A stretch of DNA of 64,000 nucleotides from a virus. Shown in pieces: positions 36,330-44,243 of the stretch. The notes under the pieces are model-generated. The model was not told the DNA's origin and did not search any database. It saw only the letters and a program-made list of their open reading frames with translations. Numbering within the stretch: the first letter of the stretch is position 1; each line of letters opens with the position of its first letter. The stretch lies in the IMG/VR virus record IMGVR_UViG_3300025133_000024. One strand, given 5' to 3'. The translations under genes were made by a program, and so were the position numbers.

Positions 36330-36565
36330 TCGTTTTCTCCATATTTTAGTACCTCACAATTGTCGTGAAAGATGGCTTTATTTCTATAATTCATTAAAAT
36401 CAAGTTTTCTGAGGGACAAACCATTAAAAACAAATGAACTTCAGGATCAGATAAAAACAAATGAACTTCAGGATCAGAAGATGTTTCAATATTCTGCTTC
36501 TTGCCCAATGACAACCATATATCTGTTATGCCCCGTGACAAAGAAATTGAACCTTTTCGAATCAT
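36326..36565 (-). CDS. Small paralog-family protein with in-frame 9-aa duplication
   Basis: MIRKGSISL, SDPEVHLFL twice, ends VLKYGENE. Confidence 0.7.
   Translation of the reverse strand: MIRKGSISLSRGITDIWLSLGKKQNIETSSDPEVHLFLSDPEVHLFLMVCPSENLILMNYRNKAIFHDNCEVLKYGENE
36425..36478. repeat. Perfect 27-bp tandem duplication
   Basis: taaaaacaaatgaacttcaggatcaga twice. Confidence 0.95.
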
Positions 36566-36777
36566 TTTTCATCTCCATATGTTAAGATATTTGCGCTCAA
36601 ATTAAATTCTTCAATATCTGTTTCTAGAACTTGAGCTTTAAGAGAAGAATTGTTTTCTACAGAAAGGATATAAACTCCATTATCAGAATAAGGAGTTGTG
36701 TTTGGTTTTACATCTTCCATTACAAGCCAAACAAGAGGAAAACCTTCATAAAGACTCATATCACCTTTTTTGTACAT
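36562..36777 (-). CDS. Small paralog-family protein
   Basis: MYKKGDMSLYEG, VWLVM, ends ILTYGDEK. Confidence 0.75.
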   Translation of the reverse strand: MYKKGDMSLYEGFPLVWLVMEDVKPNTTPYSDNGVYILSVENNSSLKAQVLETDIEEFNLSANILTYGDEK

Positions 36778-36872
36778 TTTACTTCCTATATGTTAATGTG
36801 TGTGTTCCTAATTCGTGAATGTATTCACTATATTCTTCTATTGTAACTACATTCCCTGCTATTTGTAAAATT

Positions 36873-37076
36873 TCATTTTTTTAACTTTCGATAATTTGAA
36901 TTTTGAATTTTTCTATTATATTGAATTGAACATATCTGATAATCAAAATCAAAGAATATTATTTCAGTTTTTGACAACCCTATGATAATAGCATTTATAG
37001 GTTGAGATATTCCAAAATAACCTTTATCTTCGCAAACAAAAACATTGCCCTTTTTATGTTTCATTTTCATCTCCAT
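36873..37076 (-). CDS. Small paralog-family protein
   Basis: HKKGNVFV, AIII. Confidence 0.6.
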   Translation of the reverse strand: MEMKMKHKKGNVFVCEDKGYFGISQPINAIIIGLSKTEIIFFDFDYQICSIQYNRKIQNSNYRKLKK

Positions 37077-37260
37077 ATTCTAATACGTTACAATCATCAT
37101 AAAAGTCTTCTTTAAAATTATATTCCAACGACAATATCCCTTCACTCATCACTAAAACAAGATATTCTATATATTTTAACTCTTTTTTCATTTTTCCCAT
37201 TGATAGCCAGATGTCCTCCGGCTCTCTTTGATTTAAAGAAATTGAACCTTTTGGAATCAT
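37054..37260 (-). CDS. Small paralog-family protein
   Basis: MIPKGSISL, DIWLSMG, ends VLEYGDENET. Confidence 0.75.
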   Translation of the reverse strand: MIPKGSISLNQREPEDIWLSMGKMKKELKYIEYLVLVMSEGILSLEYNFKEDFYDDCNVLEYGDENET

Positions 37261-37469
37261 TTTTTATCTCCATATGTTAAGACTTCAGAATTTATTTCAA
37301 ATCCATATTCAGTGGCATATCCAAACGAAACCTCTTTGTTTCTTGGGCAGACCATTATATGATTGTTATATCGATGATTTGCAAAATCTGGACCTAAAGT
37401 AAGAAAAACAACAGTATAACCTTTATACAGAGAAATATCACCTTTCTTATACTTCATTGTCATTCTCAT
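37257..37469 (-). CDS. Small paralog-family protein
   Basis: YKKGDISLYKG, ends VLTYGDKK. Confidence 0.75.
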   Translation of the reverse strand: MRMTMKYKKGDISLYKGYTVVFLTLGPDFANHRYNNHIMVCPRNKEVSFGYATEYGFEINSEVLTYGDKK

Positions 37470-37650
37470 ATGTTAGGGTTTTGGTACCTACATTGTAAAA
37501 AGCAGAAGATGAACAATCAATGATAACTTCAATCGGGGAAAGTTCTAAATACTTATATTTTATCTTATTTTCGACTTCTATTATACCCAAAATAAGATAA
37601 ACCCTGTTATCATGGCTATAAACACCAACATCACCTTTTTTGTATATCAT
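37447..37650 (-). CDS. Small paralog-family protein
   Basis: MIYKKGDVGVY, VYLIL, ends TLTYENDNEV. Confidence 0.75.
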   Translation of the reverse strand: MIYKKGDVGVYSHDNRVYLILGIIEVENKIKYKYLELSPIEVIIDCSSSAFYNVGTKTLTYENDNEV

Positions 37651-38816
37651 TATAGCTCCAGTTTGTTCATATGACCATAATCAAAGCCAATATTTACGTT
37701 TAAAAGAAAGTTTCCAAATAAAGTCTGGGAGAGTATTTTATACCATTCTTGTATTTTTCCAAAATCACTTTCTGTCATATCGATAACCACAGAATCATGC
37801 ATGCAAAACGAAATAAACGACTCAGAATCAAACAATTTAAGCCACAGTTCATAAAGTTGAGTGAAAAATAAATCACTAGAAGTTGATTGAACCAATAAAC
37901 TCAAAGAATTTGTATCATTACTTTCAATATATCTATCGAAAGGAGTGTGGATGATTTTGTTTCTACAGTATTGTTCTAAAACTCTTTTTTTATCATATTG
38001 TGAATCATAGAATTTGTCTGTTTTGTTGTTGTTATACAACCAAGCAAAAAAATGAGGCTTTATCTTTTCTCTCTCTAGAAATGTGTTTTGTTGTCTATGG
38101 TATTCATGAATATCAATTGTGGGTTGTGACATTCCACTCAAACCCAAAAACGTTCTAACATCAATTGCGTTAAAATCAAATTCTACAAAACAATAATTAT
38201 GAGGTTTGATGATACTTCTATATTCCTTTGGCAAAGTCAATATTGGGAAACCACCAGCTTGACCCATTCTTCCTGTTTTAACTTTCCACATATCATATTG
38301 AACAGTCCTTGGTTGCTTTCTTAATCTTTTTACTTTGTCATGTCTCAACAATAACCAAGGAAGATTAGAAAAGTCCAAATTCAATTCTCTTTGCCTTATA
38401 TCTTCAATGACTTTTGTTATCTTCAACAACAAATCATAATTTTTGGGTTTTTGGATTTTTGCAAGAATGTTTTCACCAACCATTTGCCTCAAGTGATAAT
38501 ACTCAAAAACAAACCTCTCAGGAATAACATCCAAAATAGAAACATTATCCAACACAACACCCGAAAGTTTCCAGGATTTCTTGTACGATTCAATTTTGTT
38601 CATTAAATACAAAAAGTCCTTTTTTATTGATTCTGGGATGTAAGGAAGAATGTCTCGACCTTCTAATAATAAATCAACAATAGAAAGGTTAGAATTGTGT
38701 TTTAAAAAAGGGTGATAAGAAAAAGAACAGCTAAAGTCTGGGGAATTGGTGGAGGTGTGTATTTTGTTTTGGTGAAAATAGATTAAACTCTCTTTGTTTT
38801 CAATTAATTGGAGCAT
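37650..38816 (-). CDS. Minimal family A DNA polymerase-like protein
   Basis: KTGR, motif A DFNAIDVR, motif B REKIKPHFFAWLY, VQSTSSD, motif C MHDSVV; no exonuclease domains. Confidence 0.8.
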   Translation of the reverse strand: MLQLIENKESLIYFHQNKIHTSTNSPDFSCSFSYHPFLKHNSNLSIVDLLLEGRDILPYIPESIKKDFLYLMNKIESYKKSWKLSGVVLDNVSILDVIPERFVFEYYHLRQMVGENILAKIQKPKNYDLLLKITKVIEDIRQRELNLDFSNLPWLLLRHDKVKRLRKQPRTVQYDMWKVKTGRMGQAGGFPILTLPKEYRSIIKPHNYCFVEFDFNAIDVRTFLGLSGMSQPTIDIHEYHRQQNTFLEREKIKPHFFAWLYNNNKTDKFYDSQYDKKRVLEQYCRNKIIHTPFDRYIESNDTNSLSLLVQSTSSDLFFTQLYELWLKLFDSESFISFCMHDSVVIDMTESDFGKIQEWYKILSQTLFGNFLLNVNIGFDYGHMNKLEL

Positions 38817-38967
38817 CTAGTTTTACACAATTTTCAATTATGTATCCAATGTACGAATCAATTCCAATATATTTTCCATTCGTTATCACAATATAAGAAT
38901 CTTTGTCTAAAAGTAGATAAATTATGTTATAAGGACCTTCGTAAAAATACAAATCACCCTTTTTCAT
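38800..38967 (-). CDS. Small paralog-family protein
   Basis: Start re-placed at MKKGDLYFYEG, IYLLL. Confidence 0.65.
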   Translation of the reverse strand: MKKGDLYFYEGPYNIIYLLLDKDSYIVITNGKYIGIDSYIGYIIENCVKLDAPIN

Positions 38968-39217
38968 TATTTTCTCCGTATGATAGTCTGTTAAAGTTAT
39001 TCCTAATTCCAAAAGATGTATTAGAAATGTACAGTCCTCTTCCATTGAAACATAAATACTTTTCCTCTCCTGTTTTTAAAATCAATGGAATATGGATAAT
39101 GCTTTTACTTAAATAAAGAACACCTTTTTTATCTGAGGAGGGGAGGAGTGGCATTTGAAACCCTAATTTGATTATTTGAAGGAAAGATAGAAAGGGAGGA
39201 AAATCGCGTATGAACAT
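38954..39217 (-). CDS. Small paralog-family protein
   Basis: DKKGVLYL, ends LSYGENNEKG. Confidence 0.6.
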   Translation of the reverse strand: MFIRDFPPFLSFLQIIKLGFQMPLLPSSDKKGVLYLSKSIIHIPLILKTGEEKYLCFNGRGLYISNTSFGIRNNFNRLSYGENNEKG

Positions 39218-39228
39218 ATATGTTTACT

Positions 39229-40251
39229 TTAGGAATTATTAATTCTTTTTATTATCTCCTTAATATAGAATTTATTATATTCTTTTTTTTCTATAATATT
39301 ATTATATAAATCTTTATTATATAAATTATTTTCATATAATAATATTAATAAGTTTATTTTATATATTATGTTTTTATTGTTTATAATAATATTCTTTATA
39401 TTCTTTTCTAAACATAAATTACTAACATTACTATAAACATCCAAAAGAAAAACTAATAACCGCTTATCATCCGATTTACATAAGGCAAAATTATAATAGC
39501 CATTCCAGAACCCCCTGTCAAGAACTTTTTTTGAGACCCTAGCTAATGCCTCGGAAAATCCCGTAGAAAAAAAATTTACATGGACCTTCCAAGGGGTATT
39601 TTTATCCAAGCTAAATCCAAATTTGTTTAAACTTCGTTGATAGAAATCAAAATAATCATCTTGATAATACATTTCCTGTTTATAAACACCACTGTTGATG
39701 TTCCCATCATCAAGAAAAATACAAAGTCCTGTATCAACCGGAGAAAACAAACTACTTAACACAACCCCTCCCTCAGAAATAAAAAAGTTCTTGACAAGAG
39801 GTAAAAAGTTCTGTATAGTATAATCAAGGAAATTATCAAAAGAAGAAATTTTCTGAGGGATTATATTTGTTTCTTGGTTTATGTTTTCTTGGTTTTTTAT
39901 TCTCTCTATTAAGGTTTTTTTAAGTGTTTGTAAATGGTTTTCATATAAATCTTCGAAGAAATAAGGTGTTGAGTATATTTGAGGGTTGTTTATCTTTTCA
40001 TTGTTTGAATTTAAAACTCCTCTCATTTTTGAAAACTGCATATACTTTTTAAAACCAAGAAACATATCCAACACAACATCCAAAACCAAAACATCATTTC
40101 TTCCATTGTTGTAAACAACAAATTTTTCTTTTTTTGGATAAACAGGGATATTATCAAAGTTTACTTTTCCATATAAAGGGTTAATACCTTTATTGGTGTT
40201 TTTAATTTGTAAGTTATAAAACCCTGAGAGGTTATTTTTATCAATGTTCAT
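39229..40251 (-). CDS. Hypothetical protein at end of baseplate operon
   Basis: 340-aa ORF; FGFSLDKNTPW; very AT-rich N/I/K C-terminus. Confidence 0.6.
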   Translation of the reverse strand: MNIDKNNLSGFYNLQIKNTNKGINPLYGKVNFDNIPVYPKKEKFVVYNNGRNDVLVLDVVLDMFLGFKKYMQFSKMRGVLNSNNEKINNPQIYSTPYFFEDLYENHLQTLKKTLIERIKNQENINQETNIIPQKISSFDNFLDYTIQNFLPLVKNFFISEGGVVLSSLFSPVDTGLCIFLDDGNINSGVYKQEMYYQDDYFDFYQRSLNKFGFSLDKNTPWKVHVNFFSTGFSEALARVSKKVLDRGFWNGYYNFALCKSDDKRLLVFLLDVYSNVSNLCLEKNIKNIIINNKNIIYKINLLILLYENNLYNKDLYNNIIEKKEYNKFYIKEIIKRINNS

Positions 40252-40263
40252 TTTATAAACCTT

Positions 40264-42894
40264 TTAGAGTAATCCCTCCCATATAGGGATTACTGGCTGT
40301 TCAAAAAAATATTTTTTTAAATCCTCTTTTGAATATAAAGCAAATTTCGATAGAGGGTTTTTTTTCGCTTGTTTAAGAAAATCTTGAAAACAACCATTAA
40401 CATTGGAGTTAGAATTCATGTCGTCTTTGAAGCCAATTCCGTTACCTCTTGATTCCCATTTACATGTCAGAACAGTATCGAATTTTCCACTTTCAATTTC
40501 ACCTTTGACATTGGTTATTATATAATAACCTCCTAAACCTAAAAGATGCGATAAAGAATTGTTATCATATGGATGTCCCAAATCAATACTAGAAGGGTCA
40601 ATATATATTTTTTGCCCTGGAACAAATGATGAAGCACCATACATTTTTATTTCTGCATCAAACAACCTTCTCAGCCATTCGAAATTAGTTCCTTGCATCA
40701 CAGCTTCTTGATAATAAGGGATTTGGTTTTTTGTGAAATTAATTTCCTTCACTAATCCTGTTGAAGAGCCAATTCTAAAGTGATAAACGCCATCTTGAAG
40801 GTCTTTAATGTAATTAACCTTTCTATGATTCCCTCTTTCTTCTGAAACATGTATAAAGTAATATTCCCAAAGAACATCTTGAGTGTTTTTTTTCTTTTTG
40901 TTGTTTTGTCCAACCAACACAGTCTCAACCTCAGTCGCTTTAACAACATTGGACATTCTACTAATTGGAGATTTATCATTTGCGGCACCACCAGCACCGC
41001 CTGCACCGCCAACTGCTCCACCGACAAAGTCAAAAAGTGCGTCCTCAATTGCGGATGTTGCGAAAGTTGAATTCATGCGAGAAATGGCACCTGTGGCGCT
41101 TGCATTGGGCAATCTAGACACTCCAACCTGCGTTGTCAAGGGGTCTCTTTTGGGTGGAGCAGCACCGGGCAACGTAAAGGTCGAGATTCTTGGGCGAATT
41201 TCGGTTTTATTTTTACTAGAAGTTGCGGATTTTTTTTCAAAAAGGGAACTTGGGAATGTTTGAAGACAAATGTCATTCATGATCGGTTGAATTAGTCCTG
41301 TTATCATATCCCTAATAAATTCTCCAAGAAAATAAGTTTCTTTATTCTTTTTTATAATTTTTTCTGAAAACCAAACACTGAATTTATGTAAAGAAATAGG
41401 AATGTCTGACAATAGAAGTTTTTTGTTTATATTATTGGGGTGTGTTATAGAACCTAATAGAAATTTTATTCTCTTTTCTTTATTTGTTTTATAAAATTCT
41501 CCTAAAATTATATCTAATAAGTCTCCTAAAAAGAAATAATGAATAATTAAACAGTCGTCCACTTTTGGAATTCTTGAATCTCTTAGTTTATTTGCGTTTA
41601 AAGACTTTTTTTGTCTTGCTAAAGGGACGTTATTTTTAAATTTTTGCAAAAAACTATTTGCTTGATAAGATGATACACTAGAGCACTTCCATCTGTTTAA
41701 TTCAAAATTTGTATCTGAGCTTCTTTTTTTTACCTTCTCATCTTCAATTCCTAGTTCTACAGCACTTGTTGTTTCAAAATAAATTTTATTACTTTGAAAC
41801 AAACTTAATAATAACTTTTCATATCTTTCTTTCTTTTCTGAAACAATATATTCACCTTGATATTTTCTTAATTTTTGCAAACTTTTGTTTATGTCTTTTG
41901 TTTCTACTTTCACTTTCCTCAGAGCATATTTGTTGTTGCGACGTTCTGCACTTTTCTTAACGCATTTTAACATTTTTAATCGCTCTTGTAACTCTGTTTT
42001 TGCAGTTATTACAGAATTTATTATATGCTTATTAACACTTGATGCTGTTGAAGAAGGGTCTAAAACATCAAAAGCTCCATCAACACCCACAACACTCTCA
42101 AGTCTTCCCCAAAACCCCAAATTGAGCGTTATTTTTCCGTCTTGTTCAAAATTCAAATCTGGTTTTGAAAGGGATAGGAACATGGACATTGACATGTCTT
42201 TGATAGCATCTAATAATTCTGGTTTGTTTTTAAAAAGAGAATGCTTACCATCTGGAACTGACCAACCCACCTGTAACTTAACATGATGATTAGCATCAAC
42301 CAATGGCATGATGGTTTTGTTATTTCCATGCGGTAAACTTATTAACTCAACAAACGAAACTCCTGAAGAATGCTTCTTTTTCAAGTCTTGAATAGAAGAA
42401 AACAATATCTTAAGATTGACCTTGACTAGTCTTTTTGATTCGGCTGGTGTTGAACCAATAAACTCCCAATCACAACTTTTTAAACCAACACCTGACATTC
42501 TTTGATTTGTTTGTTGACGAAAAATAGACTGCAAATCTTGTTTAGTTAAGTGACTATCAAAAAAGAATTCTTTTTGATGAGTGTCTTTGGGGTTTTTAGG
42601 ATTATAATAAACCTTGAATAAACGTATTTCTGGAACTAATGCAGATAACTCATGAGGGTGAATTTCTTCTAAAAATCTTTCTTGTTTGGATTGACGCAAA
42701 ACTCTACCAAGTAAAACAGACGGATCTCCCTTTATAGACAAAAAACTACTAGGGCAATTAGCAAATTTACTCTTCTTTTTTAGTAAGGTATCAAGATTCT
42801 TTAACAGAAAACACTGAGAAAGTGCCCTCTCCTCAGATGCCATAAGTTTCTTGTCTGTAAAAAATTGTTGCTTTTTCTTACCTTTTGTTGTCAT
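40264..42894 (-). CDS. Baseplate hub / late control D-like protein (putative)
   Basis: Follows LysM gene; C-terminal DAEIKMYG...PGQKIYI...LGLGGYYII...GKFDTVL. Confidence 0.5.
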   Translation of the reverse strand: MTTKGKKKQQFFTDKKLMASEERALSQCFLLKNLDTLLKKKSKFANCPSSFLSIKGDPSVLLGRVLRQSKQERFLEEIHPHELSALVPEIRLFKVYYNPKNPKDTHQKEFFFDSHLTKQDLQSIFRQQTNQRMSGVGLKSCDWEFIGSTPAESKRLVKVNLKILFSSIQDLKKKHSSGVSFVELISLPHGNNKTIMPLVDANHHVKLQVGWSVPDGKHSLFKNKPELLDAIKDMSMSMFLSLSKPDLNFEQDGKITLNLGFWGRLESVVGVDGAFDVLDPSSTASSVNKHIINSVITAKTELQERLKMLKCVKKSAERRNNKYALRKVKVETKDINKSLQKLRKYQGEYIVSEKKERYEKLLLSLFQSNKIYFETTSAVELGIEDEKVKKRSSDTNFELNRWKCSSVSSYQANSFLQKFKNNVPLARQKKSLNANKLRDSRIPKVDDCLIIHYFFLGDLLDIILGEFYKTNKEKRIKFLLGSITHPNNINKKLLLSDIPISLHKFSVWFSEKIIKKNKETYFLGEFIRDMITGLIQPIMNDICLQTFPSSLFEKKSATSSKNKTEIRPRISTFTLPGAAPPKRDPLTTQVGVSRLPNASATGAISRMNSTFATSAIEDALFDFVGGAVGGAGGAGGAANDKSPISRMSNVVKATEVETVLVGQNNKKKKNTQDVLWEYYFIHVSEERGNHRKVNYIKDLQDGVYHFRIGSSTGLVKEINFTKNQIPYYQEAVMQGTNFEWLRRLFDAEIKMYGASSFVPGQKIYIDPSSIDLGHPYDNNSLSHLLGLGGYYIITNVKGEIESGKFDTVLTCKWESRGNGIGFKDDMNSNSNVNGCFQDFLKQAKKNPLSKFALYSKEDLKKYFFEQPVIPIWEGLL

Positions 42895-42897
42895 TTG

Positions 42898-43224
42898 TTA
42901 TACACCATATAATTGTTTTAAAATATGTTTTGGGAAAGGTATCAAAACCTCATCACCTTCTTTAAAATGATATTCTGTTGGTTTATTGTTATAAAGAGCA
43001 ATTAACCACCAATCTTCAATATTACCATAATATTTTTGTGACAACTTATACAACTTATCACCAACTTGCCAAATATAAACATTAGAAGAAATTAAAGACT
43101 CTTCTTGTTCCGATAATTTCCTAAACTTTGGTATTTTGTTGTGCTCAATATATAATCGATTTCTTTTTTTTACAAAACTGTTTTTGTTGTCCAAAATGTT
43201 TGTTTCTTTGTTATTATATCTCAT
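42898..43224 (-). CDS. LysM / gpX-like baseplate protein
   Basis: YIWQVGDKLYKLSQKYYG...WWLIALYN...GDEVLIP. Confidence 0.85.
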   Translation of the reverse strand: MRYNNKETNILDNKNSFVKKRNRLYIEHNKIPKFRKLSEQEESLISSNVYIWQVGDKLYKLSQKYYGNIEDWWLIALYNNKPTEYHFKEGDEVLIPFPKHILKQLYGV

Positions 43225-44228
43225 TATTTGGGATTATAAGGTTTATATTTACCTTTCCTTATTTTTTCTTCTTTATCTTGTTCAACTGTAAGATTTCTGT
43301 ATATTGTATTATCACTATTTGATCTTTTTTTCTTGGGAATTGGAATTGCAGAATTTGTTGGCAAAGGAGCATTATCAATGTCTGGTCCGACTCCATATGG
43401 AAATCCTTGGTCTACAAGTCTAGAAGTTTTACTATTCACAGAGAACGTTAACGGATTTTCTTTTTTTGCATCTACCCCATTATATCTCGTCCATCCCAAC
43501 AAATGGTCATGTAAAACAACAATATTACAAGAGATTGTCCATAATTTGGGATAAATTTCCCCTGGTTTAGAACCAAATACTCCAACTTCCAAGTCGGGTT
43601 CAATACTTAAACCACCATCTATAAACCCAATCAATCCCGAAGTCTCCACAGATGTTGTTGAAGTTCTTGCTGAGGATATTAAATTTGTAAACTTAAACTT
43701 CAACAAAGGAGATGATTGCATGATACTTGACACCTCTTTGTTTCTATTTGAAGTCATTTTTCTTACGTTTGATTTGTTTGATTTGTTTGATTTGTTTGAT
43801 TTGTTTGATTTGTTTGATTTGTTTGATTTGTTTGTTTTTTTGTTCTTAAAGTTTTCATCGCCAACATAATCTTGATACTTAGGATACATAAATTGAATCA
43901 ACTTGTTTATTGATTCAACATTGCTCCTTGCTTGACCTTCCGAGACTGCCGGAACCTCCCAACTTAAACTTATTTCTCTCGATGTGTTTTTGAATATTCC
44001 AATCGGGTCCATTCGACCAAAAACTTCCTCCTTATTCCAATTGGAATTAAAGTTATCATTGAAGTTTTTCAAAAACCCATGAAACATCACTTTCCCCGTA
44101 TCACCCGACAAGTTTAAAATAGAAATGTACCACTTTTTCCTGTTTCCAAGATTATCAATGGCCCAATTTCCATCTTTGAACTGAGCTTGTCGTAATCTCC
44201 CATTATGGTCTCTCTCTAAAAATGGCAT
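43224..44228 (-). CDS. Tail tube initiator / baseplate protein (putative)
   Basis: Follows tape measure; W...VFGRMDPI..F.NT.R.ISLSW. Confidence 0.55.
   Translation of the reverse strand: MPFLERDHNGRLRQAQFKDGNWAIDNLGNRKKWYISILNLSGDTGKVMFHGFLKNFNDNFNSNWNKEEVFGRMDPIGIFKNTSREISLSWEVPAVSEGQARSNVESINKLIQFMYPKYQDYVGDENFKNKKTNKSNKSNKSNKSNKSNKSNKSNVRKMTSNRNKEVSSIMQSSPLLKFKFTNLISSARTSTTSVETSGLIGFIDGGLSIEPDLEVGVFGSKPGEIYPKLWTISCNIVVLHDHLLGWTRYNGVDAKKENPLTFSVNSKTSRLVDQGFPYGVGPDIDNAPLPTNSAIPIPKKKRSNSDNTIYRNLTVEQDKEEKIRKGKYKPYNPK
43771..43833. repeat. 9-bp tandem repeat x7 (encodes NKS)
   Basis: gatttgttt repeated 7 times in frame. Confidence 0.95.
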
Positions 44229-44243
44229 TTATCTATTAAATCC

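Noticed and set aside
39229-39430. Extremely AT-rich tract as replication origin
   Set aside because: It lies within an open frame and has no iterons or DnaA boxes that I can see.
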